64,000 bases of DNA from Marsupella aquatica. Taxonomy: Eukaryota; Plantae; Marchantiophyta. Position 1 is the stretch's first letter. Every line of letters starts with the position of its first letter. The notes beneath the pieces are model-generated. The model did no database searches. It was not told where the DNA came from and worked only from the letters and a program-made list of their open reading frames with translations. The translations under genes were made by a program, and so were the position numbers. Shown here one piece after another: positions 15,501 through 28,402 of this stretch. Location: the NCBI GenBank assembly GCA_973895155.1, contig OZ316897.1, positions 4,186,211 through 4,250,210 of the forward strand, given 5' to 3'.

Positions 15501-16369
15501 GTAGGAAGAATTAGGGCCGGTCAGTTAGGCTCAGCCAACGTAGGATGGAGTCCATCAACGGACTAGAGTTTGTCAGTAGGCTTGGCCGCTGCCATTCCGG
15601 TTGGCACACTCGTAGTCGACGGTCAACCGGTCAGTGCAGCGCGACCAGTAGTCAGCAGATAGTTAGTCAGTAGGTAGTACCCCGGAAGGTAGTATCCTCC
15701 GGTTCTCTTCCGCTATGGGTATTTAGGCTTCCCCTTCCGCGATGGGAGGGGGGAGAAGGCTTAGTTATCTCAGCAGAAGACAGGCGAGGCACGGGGAGTC
15801 CCGGCCTGAGTAGGGTCAGAGCGCACCAAGGAGTGAGAGCCAGAGTCGAGCTTGCTGGGCAAGTGCAAGGCAGGGCCTCGTAGAGACTGGGCATCGACTG
15901 CCGTTGGGCCTGCTGACCCCCTTGGAAGTCGAGTCAACCATGTAAACTGATGCTTCGCTGAGTAAATGTAGTCTTTTCCCCCTAATGTTTCTGAGAGTAA
16001 CTGGTGTTGTGTGTATGCTTTGTCTGGGCAAAGGCGCCATTTTAAGGGACGTACCGGGTGCGGACTAATGGTAGGGATTGCCACTCATTGCATGTCACAA
16101 GGTCCTGTCACGTCGATGGCTTGAAAAGCCCCAAGTCGGGAGTTAGTCCGCGTCACTAACTGAGGGAATATTCCAGCGGTGGAAAATAAATATACCTATG
16201 TCAAGTACGAATTATGCGAGTGTTATACCAGTAAGTATATCGGCTTAGCCCGACTTAGGGCTATTGAAGGTCACTACACACCTCCTTGCCCGAACCCTCA
16301 CCCCTACTGGTGGTCGAGGTTGCACCACGACACTAACCTGGATTTAAGGCCCAGGTTAGGGGTGCGACA
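12538..16369. mobile_element. 3.8-kb solo LTR (probably Ty3/gypsy) containing an accessory ORF
   Basis: TGTGACAC...GTGCGACA termini, 5-bp TSD ACTTG at 12533-12537 and 16370-16374, GC-rich against AT-rich flanks, no internal LTR pair and no gag/pol motifs. Confidence 0.8.
12945..15388 (+). pseudogene. About 800-aa retrotransposon accessory protein (plant transposon-protein-like domain, Pro-rich linker, coiled coil), disrupted
   Basis: ORFs 12945-13559 and 13532-14959 overlap by a frameshift, and the frame continues through two TAG stops to 15388. EICEFISNF..KVLGQALSLTEHRLTQIFCLPTG resembles Athila/Tat extra-ORF domains. Confidence 0.65.
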
Positions 16370-16817
16370 ACTTGTGGTCCAATCTACTGCAAAAGTTGCT
16401 TGACTTAAATTTTAGATGATATTGAAATTCATGAGTAAAATTTGTTATTTAGCTAGCTTCACAATAGGTGAAGTGTAATTATGGAGATTACTTGCACGAC
16501 AGATAGTTTAATTACTATTTGAATTTTTTTAGGACTTATGTTTATTATTTGTCCAAATTTATGGACATGTGTATTATATATTGACAACATTTGTGACCCC
16601 TAAAATCTCACCAATCATGGAGTCTTTACATATGACAAGAAATTTTGTAATTTTTCATCCTAATTGCAATGACAAAGGCAAATGCAATCTTTTTGATGAA
16701 ATATGTGTTGAGCTTGGCAACAAAGTAAGGTGTTTGTCTCACAATTGAGACTATTATTGATGATGTGGTTACCAACTGTCAAGAAATGCTAGTATCCAAA
16801 CCTTGTATTTAATGGGA

Positions 16818-17073
16818 TAGCATGTTTTTGAAAAACACTTTCCTTTGAAAAATATTTTCCTTTGAAATATATGGTCAAGAGGTGTGATTTATCATGAATT
16901 TTTTAACGTATTGAAAATAAATCTTACAAAATTGGTATTTGATCTAGGGGGAATGAGATGTATTAGACTATTGTGTCATAATTTGTTTTGATTTGTTTTA
17001 GATGTAGCCAAATTTTATAGTATTTTTTTTTGCAAACCAAATTTAATAGGGTGATACACAATAGTGCAAACTT
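16818..17073 (+). repeat. About 255-bp direct repeat, copy 1
   Basis: TAGCATGTTTTTGA...GATACACAATAGTGCA(A/G)ACTT is repeated with few differences at 19424-19681. Confidence 0.9.
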
Positions 17074-19423
17074 GTTAGAATATACCTATTACATCACCGG
17101 GGTTACTTCCCTAACCCCAGTTAGGAACCGATGTAACCCTCTCTTTACGACACATATATAAAACCACCCGAGGGAGAAGGGGTGACAATTGGAGCTTTAT
17201 ACTCAAACACGTTATCAGCACGAGACTCTCCGAGACTGAGCAAGGAGGATATGGAAGATTAAACCTGCAGGGCTATGGTGAATTAAAATTAAAAAAGGAG
17301 TCATATCCCCTGGGCCCTCACTCTTTGTATATTATACAATCATACTTGTGAGCCTCCCCTACACAGGTACCCCTTCTTATTAATTTTTCTCCTATAGAGT
17401 TTATCCTTGTTTTTTTATAAAAACCAAAATTTTCCTCTTATTAAAGTATCTTCAATGTATTACAAAAGGGAGTTTTGGGCAATAATAATTATCCTTCATA
17501 TATTACAATTTCACTCCACACACCCGGTCCATCCCCCATCGCCCCCGGGATCGCCCCCAATCCTCCCTTCAAAACTTTTATGGCTTAGCATAGCTGCCAG
17601 TATTAACATTTTAATCTATGAAGGAGATATGGATACTGTAAGGATAATACACATGTACCAATTATAATTTGACACGTGTACCAATAATATGATGTCGCGT
17701 GTTGCTACCTATTGATTTACCCTTACGCAAAAGTAAAAAGGATGTCATTTCAAGGGATCTTGCAAAATTACAAAGTGGTTTCGGTATATATGCGGAGGTT
17801 GCGGAATTGTAAGCAAAATATAAAAGTTATCGCCGAAGGGATAAAATTGACCCTTGAACGATTCTCACGTCCTCCCCGTATTAGAAAGGAGTGGGGGCCT
17901 AAGGGTCGTATCAAAAGAATTGAACATAGTTGTATCGAAGGGAACAAGAAATGATTAAGAAATTGAGAAGCAAATTGATAAGGACACAATCGGGAATAGT
18001 GCCCATAACCTCATACCCCATCGCAGTGGACCTGTAAGGAGTGCACAACGATAAGAAGGAGAGAGAGAAATAGAAAAGGAAATTCGAAGAGAAGGAATCA
18101 GAATGAGAAATAGCCAGTGACCGAGGCGAAAAAGAATTGACAAGGAGAACGGAAAAACAAATGTAGGCAGAATAATTGAGAAAGAACCATGAGTTGATGC
18201 AAAACGGTTGAAAACAGATAAGTAGCAGATTGAAAGTTGATAAGAAAGAAATCAGAAGAGAGATCATTTCATAAGGATTTGAAAAAAACCTTAGAAATGA
18301 TCAATCAAAGGAGCAAGGATAGAGAATAGAATTGATAAGAAGATCGCAGCCAAACAAAGCAACAAAATTGAAGGAGCAAACGCCGTAAGGAGCAAAAGAA
18401 GGAGAGAGGCACACCCATTCGAAGTTCAAGGCGTGAAGCAAGAAGCAAACAAAAAGCTTTGCTCCTGAACTTTGATATGGATAAGGAGGAGAAAGAAGGA
18501 ATTCAAAGATTTTCAAGACGCCCAAGGAAGGACGGATCGATGGACCCTAGACCGATAATTGTGCATAATGGAAACAGGAAATAAGAGATCCGAATCGGTA
18601 CAAAATCAGAATAGCAGCGATTCAAAAGAGGGCGCAGCAAAAATGAAATCAAAATCAATAAGGACACTCAAGAGTCCTGAAACAAAGAAGTGGGCAAAGA
18701 AGGAGAGAAAATTGAGGAGAGAAGATTAGAGGAGCCTGGAGGCGACAAACATAAAGCAGCAAAAGAGCAAAGCAGGAAAAGCAGGAACCCCGATCCAAGG
18801 TCAAGTCGCAAGCTGTCACCCTATAGGTCTCAACAAGAAATGATAGGGACAAACAATAAAATCGAATGCAGAACGTAATTAGAAGGGCCGGGCACAGACA
18901 GAGATAACACAACGCAAGTAGAGAAACAAGGAAAATTTGTCACTCTTTCGGTCGAAGGTGGAGTGGTGATTTTTGAAGTGCAGCGGAGTGCAAGATCCAA
19001 GGCTCGCGAAGCGAAGAGCAAGCATTGAGTCAAAAACATGAAACGAAAAGGAGGAACGCAAGGCAAAAAAGGTGCGAAAGATGAGAGGTGGACAAGGAGG
19101 AAAAAATGACAACAACAGGAACAAAACATCGAAGAAAACAAGACCCCACCCGCTAAGTGCAACCCTCGTTAATCACAAAATTTGACAAAGCAAATTTCTT
19201 ATACACAAGGAACTGTGCACTAAACCAGGGAAGCGCACAAAACCGTCAACCACTCATATATGCAAACCTAAAACAAAGAAAACCACAATTACAAGAGGAC
19301 CTAGTGCACTTAACCACATACATAAGGAAAACTAAACCTAAGTGCAAACCCTAAAACGCAACCAATCCTTTACGCTTAAGTTGCATGCGGAACCCAACCT
19401 ATAACGCATTTAGGATATACATT
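17073..19423 (+). mobile_element. Truncated Ty1/copia element (Bianca-like): 137-bp 5' LTR, PBS, decayed internal region
   Basis: TGTTAGAA...CAAACA (17073-17209) with TATA-like TATATAAAA, followed directly by CGTTATCAGCACGA (17210-17223), complementary to the tRNA-Ile anticodon arm. Then purine-rich, stop-riddled sequence. No 3' LTR. Confidence 0.7.
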
Positions 19424-19681
19424 TAGCATGTTTTTGAGAAACACTTTCCTTTGAAATATATTTTCCTTTGAAATATATGGTCAAAAGGTGTGATTTATCA
19501 TGAATTTTTTAAGGTATTGAAAATAAATCTTACAAAATTGGTATTTGATCTAGGGGGGATGAAATGTTATTAGACTGTTGTGTCATAATTTGTTTTGATT
19601 TGTTTTAGATGTAGCAAAATTTTGTAGTTATCTTTTTTACAAACCAAAATTTAATAGGGTGATACACAATAGTGCAGACTT
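19424..19681 (+). repeat. About 255-bp direct repeat, copy 2
   Basis: Near-identical to 16818-17073. Confidence 0.9.
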
Positions 19682-21001
19682 ATATTTTTGCACAAATTGT
19701 ACTAGATTTGGTGTAGGCAAAGACCAGTTGAAGGGTTTTCAAAAAAAGAATAGAAACTAATAGAAACAATATAGTAAACTACTTTGAAAGATTCTTGGAT
19801 GTGGCCTTGCAAAGCTAGTGAGTTGGTGCAATATAATGATACTATGTCAAATTAATTTGGACTAGAGAATAAAAAACTCAAAGCCCTGATCGTGTAAAAC
19901 ATTGTGTTCAATCATCCACATTGACTAATACACGTAAACTGATGATTTTACACCCAATTATGACAAAATCTAGATAAGAAATATTCTCATTGACTGTGTA
20001 CATACATATCATGTATTTTACATTAAAGAGATTGTGTACACCTAAAAGTGAATTAAACATGGAATCGACCCAAATTTTACATTTAATATTGTATTTGAAT
20101 TTTTGGTATCTCCGTAATAACAAAGTCATCAAAGCTCAAATTTGAGGAATAAAACACCTTAAAATTTTAAGTAAATAAATTTTATAAATGTATTTTTTAC
20201 CCCTAGTAAGTTTTTGGAATATTTATAAAATGTTTTCATATTTGGTTAAAAAACCCCTATGATTATAATTATAATTATAATTCTCAAAACTTGATTAAAA
20301 CACCCATTATATTATTCCACATAAGTTTAAAAGTCTTGTGCTAAACTCAATGAAAATACCTAACCTTATTTGCACGTGATGGATCGGATGGGTCGAAAGA
20401 AAATAAGTGAGGACCCTAGGTTAGTTTCTACCTAAAGAAAATTATGTTTTGAACCCTCGTTTGAACCGCTGTCGGAGTTACAAAAGCTTGTATGATCCCC
20501 ACTTTTGGATGGATATTGTTGTAAAAAGCTCTCGCCCATGGTGGGGTTTGAACCCACCAATTTTGCTTTCCCACTTAGTTCGGCTACAGCTACGCCCTAG
20601 CCTCAACCTGTTGTTGGAAAACAATGATCCATTTTTGATATTTATTTTAATAATAAACATCCAATTCTTACAGCATCTGACGGGCAGCAAGTACGGAGAG
20701 TCATAATGACTTTTGAGGGGCCCGTAGCCCTGAATTAATCAATTTTGTAGAGGTCCTACTTTTAGGTGCAAATGGAATTATCTATCTTTGAAGACAAGGA
20801 CTTGTGGGAAGACTGCCATCACTGCCACAAACATCACAAGGACTTTGGGGCCTCATTCCCAGGGAGTTCATGTATCATGCATGAAGTTTTCAAGTAATTA
20901 ACACCCTAAATCTTAAGAAAATAAAGTAGATTTTTACTATTTTTCTTTAACTTTAGTAAATATTCTAGGAATATTCTCACATTTGGTATTAAAAAGCCAT
21001 A

Positions 21002-22030
21002 TCTACATCTATAATATTGAATCCCGCTCATTTTTGTCCTTTGTCCTATTACAAAATATACTTTTGGGCAGGAATGAATGACAGCCGTTAGATCATTTGG
21101 GTGAATGTTTTGTAACCGGTTGATTATTAATTAATAATAGGAAAGACATATGAAATAGTTTCACTATGGTTCCGTGGCCAAGTTTAGTGAGAAAAAAAAG
21201 TTGAGGAGAAGAGAAATTGTCAAGGAGGAAATATATGTTGAGGTGAGAATGGATGTCAAGGTGAAAAAAAACATCAAAGTGAGAAAATATGGTGATGTGA
21301 GAAAACAATGTTGAGGTCTGGATTGAGGTGAGAAAATAATGTCAAGGAGAGAAAATATATCAATGTGAGAAGGAGAGAAATATTGAGGTCAACAGTTGTC
21401 AAGGAAAGAAAAATATGTCAAGGAAAAAGATGTCGAGGAGGAAAAAAACGTTTCAAGGCGAGACAAGGCAAAGCATGTCCCAAGGAGTTGTTGGGAGGGC
21501 GAGGGTGGGGTTAGCGCAAGACAGCCAAGGGGAGTGGTTTAGGGTTTGGAGTACCCTAAACCCATTGTGATATGGACAAAGGTAATATTATTTCTCATAT
21601 AATATGTCGTTTATAAAACAACTCAATGTGCAAAAGAAATCATTGAGGAAAAGAAATCTTGTGGAGGCAAAGTTGACTTTTGAGCCCTATTATCAGTATG
21701 ATTGTGTTTGTCATTGGGTTGTAATTGTAATGTCTTATGTTGTGGTTCTGAAAGTCAACTTTTGTTTCAACTGGATTGGCATTACAGTGGCGTCATTGTT
21801 GCAAAAGTGTTCATTTAAAGTGAGGTATTATTGCAAAAATGTTCATTAAAGTGAGGTATTCTTGCAAAAGTGTTGTAGTTCCAACCATGTCATGCATGTA
21901 ATCATGTTATGGTGACAACATGTTGTTTAGGTGCATAGTTGTGGTGCAACAATGTTCTCATTTTAGTCAATGTTGTTGTTATGAAAGTGATGTCATTGGG
22001 GAAGGCGAGGGCCCGGGGAAGCAAGACTAG
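21002..22030 (+). mobile_element. Non-autonomous Helitron-like element
   Basis: A|TCTACATCTATAATA 5' end whose first 70 bp are homologous to the minus-strand end at 59016. Internal GATGTTGAGGTGAGAAAAA-type repeats at 21185-21480. Candidate CTAG|T 3' end at 22027-22031 is uncertain. Confidence 0.45.
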
Positions 22031-22519
22031 TAAGAACATCCAAGGCATTGTGAGATCCAAGTTGGGTTGCTTCATGCTAAATAAAGGGAGAACATAGTTA
22101 TATCTTACCTTTTTTGTCTCTGTGTTCTCCCCATGGGCTCCCTTTTTTTCCTCTTGCTCTCTATTCCTCCATCTCTCCCCGTTTTCCTTTCCTTCAAGAC
22201 CTTTAAAAAAGGGAAATTTTTGGGAAGAAAATATAACTATCCATCCCTTCTCAAGAACAAAGAGCAAAAAAACTTTCTATGCTAGCATTTCCCCTTTTTT
22301 GGCTCCATGCCAAAAACCTCAAACTCTGGTCAATCTGTTGCTTTAACCTATTCTCCTTTCATGCTCCATACCAAAAAAAAATAGTTTGTGTATACTATCA
22401 TGGAGTATACACATACTATAAAGTATACATCTAGTAGTTGTGTACTATAGGTGGCCTATATGTACTATAGCCTGTATGTACTATAATAGCAATCAAAGGT
22501 CCCATTATGTACTATGGAC

Positions 22520-23000
22520 TTTGGATTTATATACCTCTGAAATCATGTACTTTTGTCTGTTAGAGTATATGCACAAGGACTTTTTATAGGAACCTGGGCC
22601 CTTAAAATTGGAAAGAGTAATGGTATGTGTCAGATTTGCTGTACGGAATTGAAATCTATTCCCCATCTCTTCTTCACGTGTCAATTTGCTCATAAATGTT
22701 GGAGCTTGGTGTTTCAATGTTCCCTAGTATTATCTTTTGGCCTCCAACAAAGATTATGCAGCTGCTCAGCACTTTCAAAGGCTCCAGTTACACAACACTC
22801 AATATATTATGGTTTTCATAGTGTATTAAGTCTTGTGGGCTTTATGGACTACGAGGAATGAGCAACGTTTTAATCCCCTAGAGAAACAGTGCTCCTTCAA
22901 TTTGAATCTGGTCCTTTATAAAATGGCAGACAACATTCATGGTTGTGTGCAACCTTTGGTTCTAGTCAAAGCACTTGTGGCTCCTCCTTGCTAAGTACGT
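22520..23000 (+). pseudogene. 5'-truncated L1 LINE fragment (zf-RVT region)
   Basis: GLFIGTWALKIGKSNGMCQICCTELKSIPHLFFTCQFAHKCW aligns with GLYTGVRAIKIGKGTGECKLCPGILETIPHLFIDCAHAQKCW of the LINE at about 1560-1686. Confidence 0.85.
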
Positions 23001-24302
23001 TGTGGTCACCAAGCAAAGGAGATGGTTGGGATGGAAGGATCTACTTTTGTGACTTGGTGAAAATGTTGCAAATTTTGTAGGGGATTTTCTCCGGGGCAGT
23101 TGCTTGTCTAGGCATTAGGTGATGTGAAGGCTCTCTAGACCGTGGTACTTTAGACTGGTGCCTCAGACTGGTGCCTTTATATAGACTGACTATCCTATTG
23201 ACAATGGATTTTTGATTGAGTGTTTTATTGACAATTGTCTTGTAGAATGTAAATGTGCTTCTTGGTGTCATCATTGACTTGTGATTCAATGACTTTGATG
23301 GTCCCTTAGACATTTCACCTTCACTGCTAGCATTCTTTCTTTTTTATGTTTTCTTGTCCCTTGTGTTGTTTCTCTCTTTGTGGGGGTTGTCTCTCTCCGG
23401 GCTTGGCCCCTGGTCTCCTAGCCATAGTTTTGGTTGCTTTGGCCCCTTTCCCAAGGGTTTTCATGGGTCTTACCAAAAAAAGGTTCTCATTATGTACAAA
23501 GGTGAGCCAAGGTTGGGCCGGGTTAGAATATAATGCATGCAAGGTAGGGCATGACCCAGGCTAGGAAAGCCTGAGCGTCAGGGCATAGGGCAGGGGCATG
23601 CAAGCCCGGGGCCACGCGTCAAGGACATGATTCAGGGCTTCTCCTATGGTCGCTTTCATCACTTGCCTGAGGCCCTATGCAAGGCTTGTAAAAGCCTTGC
23701 TTGGGTGGGGGTTTTAGGCCCTATCCAACGGATCTAAAAAAATCCAAAAAATCTAATGGTCAAAGTTGGTTTCACTTTTCATAAACCTCGGGGGGTTCAC
23801 TTCCACAAAAATGACACATCATGTGTGGGGAAGAATAGGGTCGTTTTATTGGTCCAAATGGAAGACTTTAGAATTTTCTCAAAAGAACAATTATAAGGTC
23901 GTTTAAATCCAATTTTGAGACTTATAAGAACATTAGGGTCGTTCTAAACAATTTTTAGAATATTCTAACTTTGCAAGGGTTGAAATTTTTTCCTTACATT
24001 TTAGGGGATCCTAGGTCTAAAATTGTCGTAGGTGATGGGGATACATCCATATAGTGAGACCCTTGAGTCATAAATGAACAATGACCACGAAAAGTACAAC
24101 ATCATTATTATAGTGTTTGACTAGCCCAATGCCCATGTTGCACGAAAGATGTCAAGGCAAGGCAAAGATGTTGAGATGGGAAAAGATGACAAGGTGAGAA
24201 AAAGATGTAAAGATAAGGAAAAGATGTTGGGGAGAGAAAAGAGTTCGAGGGTGAGGGAAATATTTTGTGGTGAGATAAAGATGTCAATGTGAGAAAAACA
24301 TG

Positions 24303-24463
24303 CCGTTGGTAAAGCAACTCTTGGAAGAATTTTCAATGTTTTGGGAGAACCTGTTGATAATTTGGGTCCTGTAGATGCTAGTACAACATTCTCAATTCAT
24401 CGATCAGCACCTGCTTTTACTCAACTAGATATCAAATTATCCATTTTTGAAACGAGAATAAAG
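24303..24463 (+). pseudogene. atpB: Nuclear plastid DNA insertion (NUPT): atpB fragment
   Basis: Translates to [50 protein letters not shown], matching the chloroplast ATP synthase beta subunit. No start or stop context. Confidence 0.93.
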
Positions 24464-24551
24464 ATAAGAAAAGATAAGATGTCAGGGTGAGGGAAAGATT
24501 TCAAGTTAGGAGAGAAAAGATCTCAAGGAGAAAAAGAGATGTTGAGGAGAG

Positions 24552-24905
24552 GGGTATTTACAACGACAGGAAATAGCAAACAGTAATAGAAAATAGAAAC
24601 TGTTAACAGGAAAATGAGTGGTTTTTTGGATTTTTTTGGATTTTTTTTTTGGATTTTTTTTTTGGGAAAAAAATGTTTTTTTTCAAAATTTTAATTTTTT
24701 TGCTAGCGCCCGGCACTGGTAATGCTAGCACCCAAAGCTAGCCAACAAATGTTGTAACTTAGATTTTTTTGGAAAATGGAACTTTTTAGAAAATATTTTG
24801 ACATGGTTATTTTTCCTGGTAATAGTAACTTTTTGCTAGTAACAGGAAAAATTTTCCTGGTACCAGTAAACCTGTTTCCTGTTTACTGTCACGCGTGCCA
24901 TACCC
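24552..24905. mobile_element. 354-bp MITE related to the giant Mutator-like element
   Basis: GGGTAT...ATACCC termini and 7-bp TSD AGGAGAG (24545-24551, 24906-24912). The right end, reverse-complemented, aligns with the 26128 end. Two degenerate TAGCGCC palindromes near 24703 and 24726. Confidence 0.85.
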
Positions 24906-25718
24906 AGGAGAGAAAAGATGTCAAGAGAGAAAATTTGTTGTGGTGAGATAAAGATGTCATTTTGAGAAAAAATAATGAGGTGAGGAAAAATATCAAGGCA
25001 AGATAAAGATGTTAAGGAGAGATAAATATATAAAGATTAGAATAATGTTCACGTGTTACCCAAATGTTGAGCATATTAAAATGACCACCTTCTTCTACAT
25101 GAAATAATTAATGTTTCTATAGGCAGGTTTAGACAGTTTGGGTTGAATGAAAAAGTAAAAATAAAATTAGTGTATGGGTGGATCTCACAATGCTAAAAAT
25201 TTGTTCTATGATCATGGGCTAGGATTTGCTCCTTTATGTTTTTCATTTTGGAAACACACAAAAAGATTCTAGCAAAATAAAACATTGTAGTGTTTGATAT
25301 CATAAGACAATAAAGTTTTTGCTTTATTTGTTTTCTTGACTAAGGTTATTTTTTACTGGATTATTGTCTGTTTCAATTATTCCCTTTGTACCACGTGAAA
25401 AGTGAAAGATAGAAAGACAAAAAAATGTATTGTTTGTTTTTAAATAATCCAAATATAGTTTTATTTATGCTGCACTCATGGTATTCAAAGAGATTTTGGG
25501 TAGGAAATTGTCAAGGCCCATATACTTGACATGAAAAATATTGCCCTTGTGAGTCAAGCATGGAGAGCCAGGAGGTACATATTGTACCCTCATCACAAAG
25601 GACAAGAAAGGTACTCTATACCTTGGCTGTACCATTAGACCTTTAAGTATTCAATGTAATTTTTGTTCTTTTGTCCTTTTTACTTACGCCTAGACTCAAA
25701 AGTACTAGGGTATTGATA

Positions 25719-26054
25719 GGGTATAACCACCGTGCCAGGAAATAGTAAAAAGAAAACAACAAACAGTAAACAATAAACAGCAAATGGATGAGAAGTTTTT
25801 GAAATGTTTTTGAATTTTTTTTTGAAATTTCTTTTTTTTGGATATTTGTTTTTGTGTTTGTATTTTAATTTGACATTTTTTACTAACGCCCCAAGCTAAT
25901 AATAGTAGCACCTGGCGCTAGTCAAAAATGATTGTTTTAAAAAATATTTTGAAAATTTTGAGTTTTAATGAGAAATTTTTTATATTTCATTTTTACTCGT
26001 AATAGTAAAATTTTGCTCATAACAGGAAGGTTTCCTGGCACGGTGTAAAGTCTC
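25719..26054. mobile_element. 336-bp MITE of the giant Mutator-like family
   Basis: Termini GGGTATAACCACCGTGCCAGGAAA and TTTCCTGGCACGGTGTAAAGTCTC, 8-bp TSD TATTGATA (25711-25718, 26055-26062), two palindrome copies near 25883 and 25906. Confidence 0.9.
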
Positions 26055-26399
26055 TATTGATAGGGGAGGGCAAGGGCACATCAAGGGCAACACCTAGTGC
26101 AATGAAAGAGCATTTCTCTTGAGATCAGGGTATAACGACCGTGATAGTAAACAGTAAAAAGGAGACAGGAAACAACAAAAACTAAACAGTAAAAATGTTC
26201 GAAAACAAGACACACAAAGATTGCCAAGATAACATGTAAGATAGAATATTCCCGATATTACTACTGTCCATATGTACATACTGGACTTGCCCCTTATGTT
26301 TCTGAGACAGGATTTTGGTGCGAAGCTTACACTTTTGGTGAAGATTAAGAAGTCAATTACCCGAAATCCCATCTGCTGTCTTCCAAACATTTAGGGTAT

Positions 26400-28402
26400 A
26401 GGGTGTGTCCGAAACAAAGTTCATAAAACCAATGAGGATGGCAACGCAAACTCCGACTTCCACATAGATATTAAAGTGCGTTTATTGTGAGAAAAATATG
26501 GTCAACTGATTGGGCTCGCAAAACACCAAATTTATTCATAAAAGACAGTCATTCATTACTGAAAAGCTTAACATATTTCCGACCAGCTTGTCCGAGGGTA
26601 ATACAATGGAAAATTCTAATTGTAAGACTAAGTCAAGAGGTAATCGACAAAAACAACCTTCGATGGCTAAAAACTCAAAACAAATTGAGAGTCCGAGGGA
26701 TCATCCATCCTTCTACATTGTTGGGATGAACGACAGCCAACACAAGCGTCGGCCGCTACTCAAAACCATATCATTCCTATCTAACGATCCAAGATCTTCC
26801 CCTCTCAAGATCCAGGATCGCTGGCCTCATTCACAAGGGTGTACCTCACAGGAACCACTTTCAGGACTCAAAAACATGTTTTTTTAGTGAAAAATGATTT
26901 TTATAACATGGAAAAAGCTTCATCATGATTTTATCTCAAGACATTTAAGTCTAATTTTTTCACAAGACTATTTTACATGGTGTAACCTACCTCACCATGT
27001 AGATATATCAAGTTTTTAACTTTTTTAAGGGATCCTATTATTGATGGCCCTAAATAAACCAAAATTACTGATTATTTTTGTCCTGTACATAAAGGTTTAG
27101 TGTGTGTCAATATTTGAGTTTTAAAATATAAGATTATTCTATTAGTATGCATGCCTTGGTAAAATTTCATTGTCTAAAATGCAAGTTTTAGAGTCCTTTC
27201 GAGTCCTGAAATGATGTGACTCGTTGCGTGACAAGTCCTTTTATCTATCTTTGAAGGACATATAAGGAAAGCTTCAAAGTCTCAAATGCTAGATAGTTTA
27301 ATTAATGTTACCAACCTACAGGATGTTTATTAAGTATAGTACATCAAATTTTGCATATCATCTCATTACACCTTACAAATGATGTCCTAAAGCATAATAA
27401 ACTATGGTCACTTCTGAGTGTGACGTTCCTTTTGGGTCCTCCAATTGTGAATGAGGCGCGCTGAACATATTGCCGACCGGCTTGTCCGAGGGTAATACAA
27501 TGGAAAATCTTCACTGACGAATATGAACTCAATGTCACTAAGGCTAGAAACTCAATCCAAACTTAGAGTCCGAGGGATCGCCTCCGCGATATGACTGCCC
27601 ATGTTAGTGCAGGGCGCTACTCAAAACTATGGCGTCCTTCTCAAGATCCAGGATTGCACGAAGATCCACATTCATCGTCCACCCCTGCTTTCGCTCTATA
27701 GCGATCTTGCTGAAAACCAAATGTGCAAAATTGGGAATATCGTTGACTTGGAAGTCTTCGAGCTGGAATTGAGGAAGAAGGACCTGGAAAATTTGTGTCA
27801 TGGAAATCGACACGCCCAAGGAACTCCGCAGTGCGCACTTCAACTTCCCAATCAATATTCGCCGATGGATCTTGGGGAGTGGGATAGTGAATCGAGAAAC
27901 GTTCTTGAAATGGTCTAGGGGGAGAATCGGGAAGCCATGGAATGTTTTGATCCCCAGGACTCATCCCTTCATCACGAGGCAAGAAAAGACGATTTTGAAT
28001 GTCCGATGTCTCCGTCACGACACTCTCATTGTCCACAATGGATGTGGATGAAAGATTAGTTTCCGATTGCACCACCAACAACGGGACATGGCGTGGTGGC
28101 CTCGCGCCCCTACCATTACCAACGTTTGGGACTCCATGCTCCATCACTCTGGAATCAGGATGGAATGACTCGCTTTCTTCAAATGATGCGAAACAAGGAA
28201 CGGGAAAGGAAAAAAGCGTTGTAAACCCAAAACTCTCTCTATGAACAACGTCCAAAAAGTTTTGGGGATACAAAAGTGGATCTCATTCCTTGTATAGGCG
28301 TAGTTACCGGTGGGAAGGGCCCAATGCCAATGAGGAGGAAACAAATCTGATAGAATCGACAAGAATTCCAACGGTAACAATCCCTGACAACGGATCCAAA
28401 GA
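26400..28402 (-). pseudogene. Decayed third cargo gene of the MULE, unknown product, with an internal duplication
   Basis: Acceptor-like TTGTGCAG near 28403 next to a palindrome copy, ORF fragments 27604-28536, and segment about 26570-26820 homologous to about 27465-27657. Confidence 0.35.

Larger units (their letters stand above)
24121..25030 (-). mobile_element. Non-autonomous Helitron 3' region with about 19-bp degenerate tandem repeats (5' end not located)
   Basis: Minus strand ends CGTGCAACATGGGCATTGGGCTAG|T, a typical Helitron 3' end. Same repeat family as 60570-61038. Confidence 0.65.

Noticed and set aside
16818-19681. The 255-bp direct repeats as an LTR pair
   Set aside because: They lack TG...CA ends and a TSD. 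The real LTR and PBS start immediately after the first copy.
24303-24463. Functional atpB gene
   Set aside because: Only about 53 codons with no start, stop or neighbouring plastid genes.
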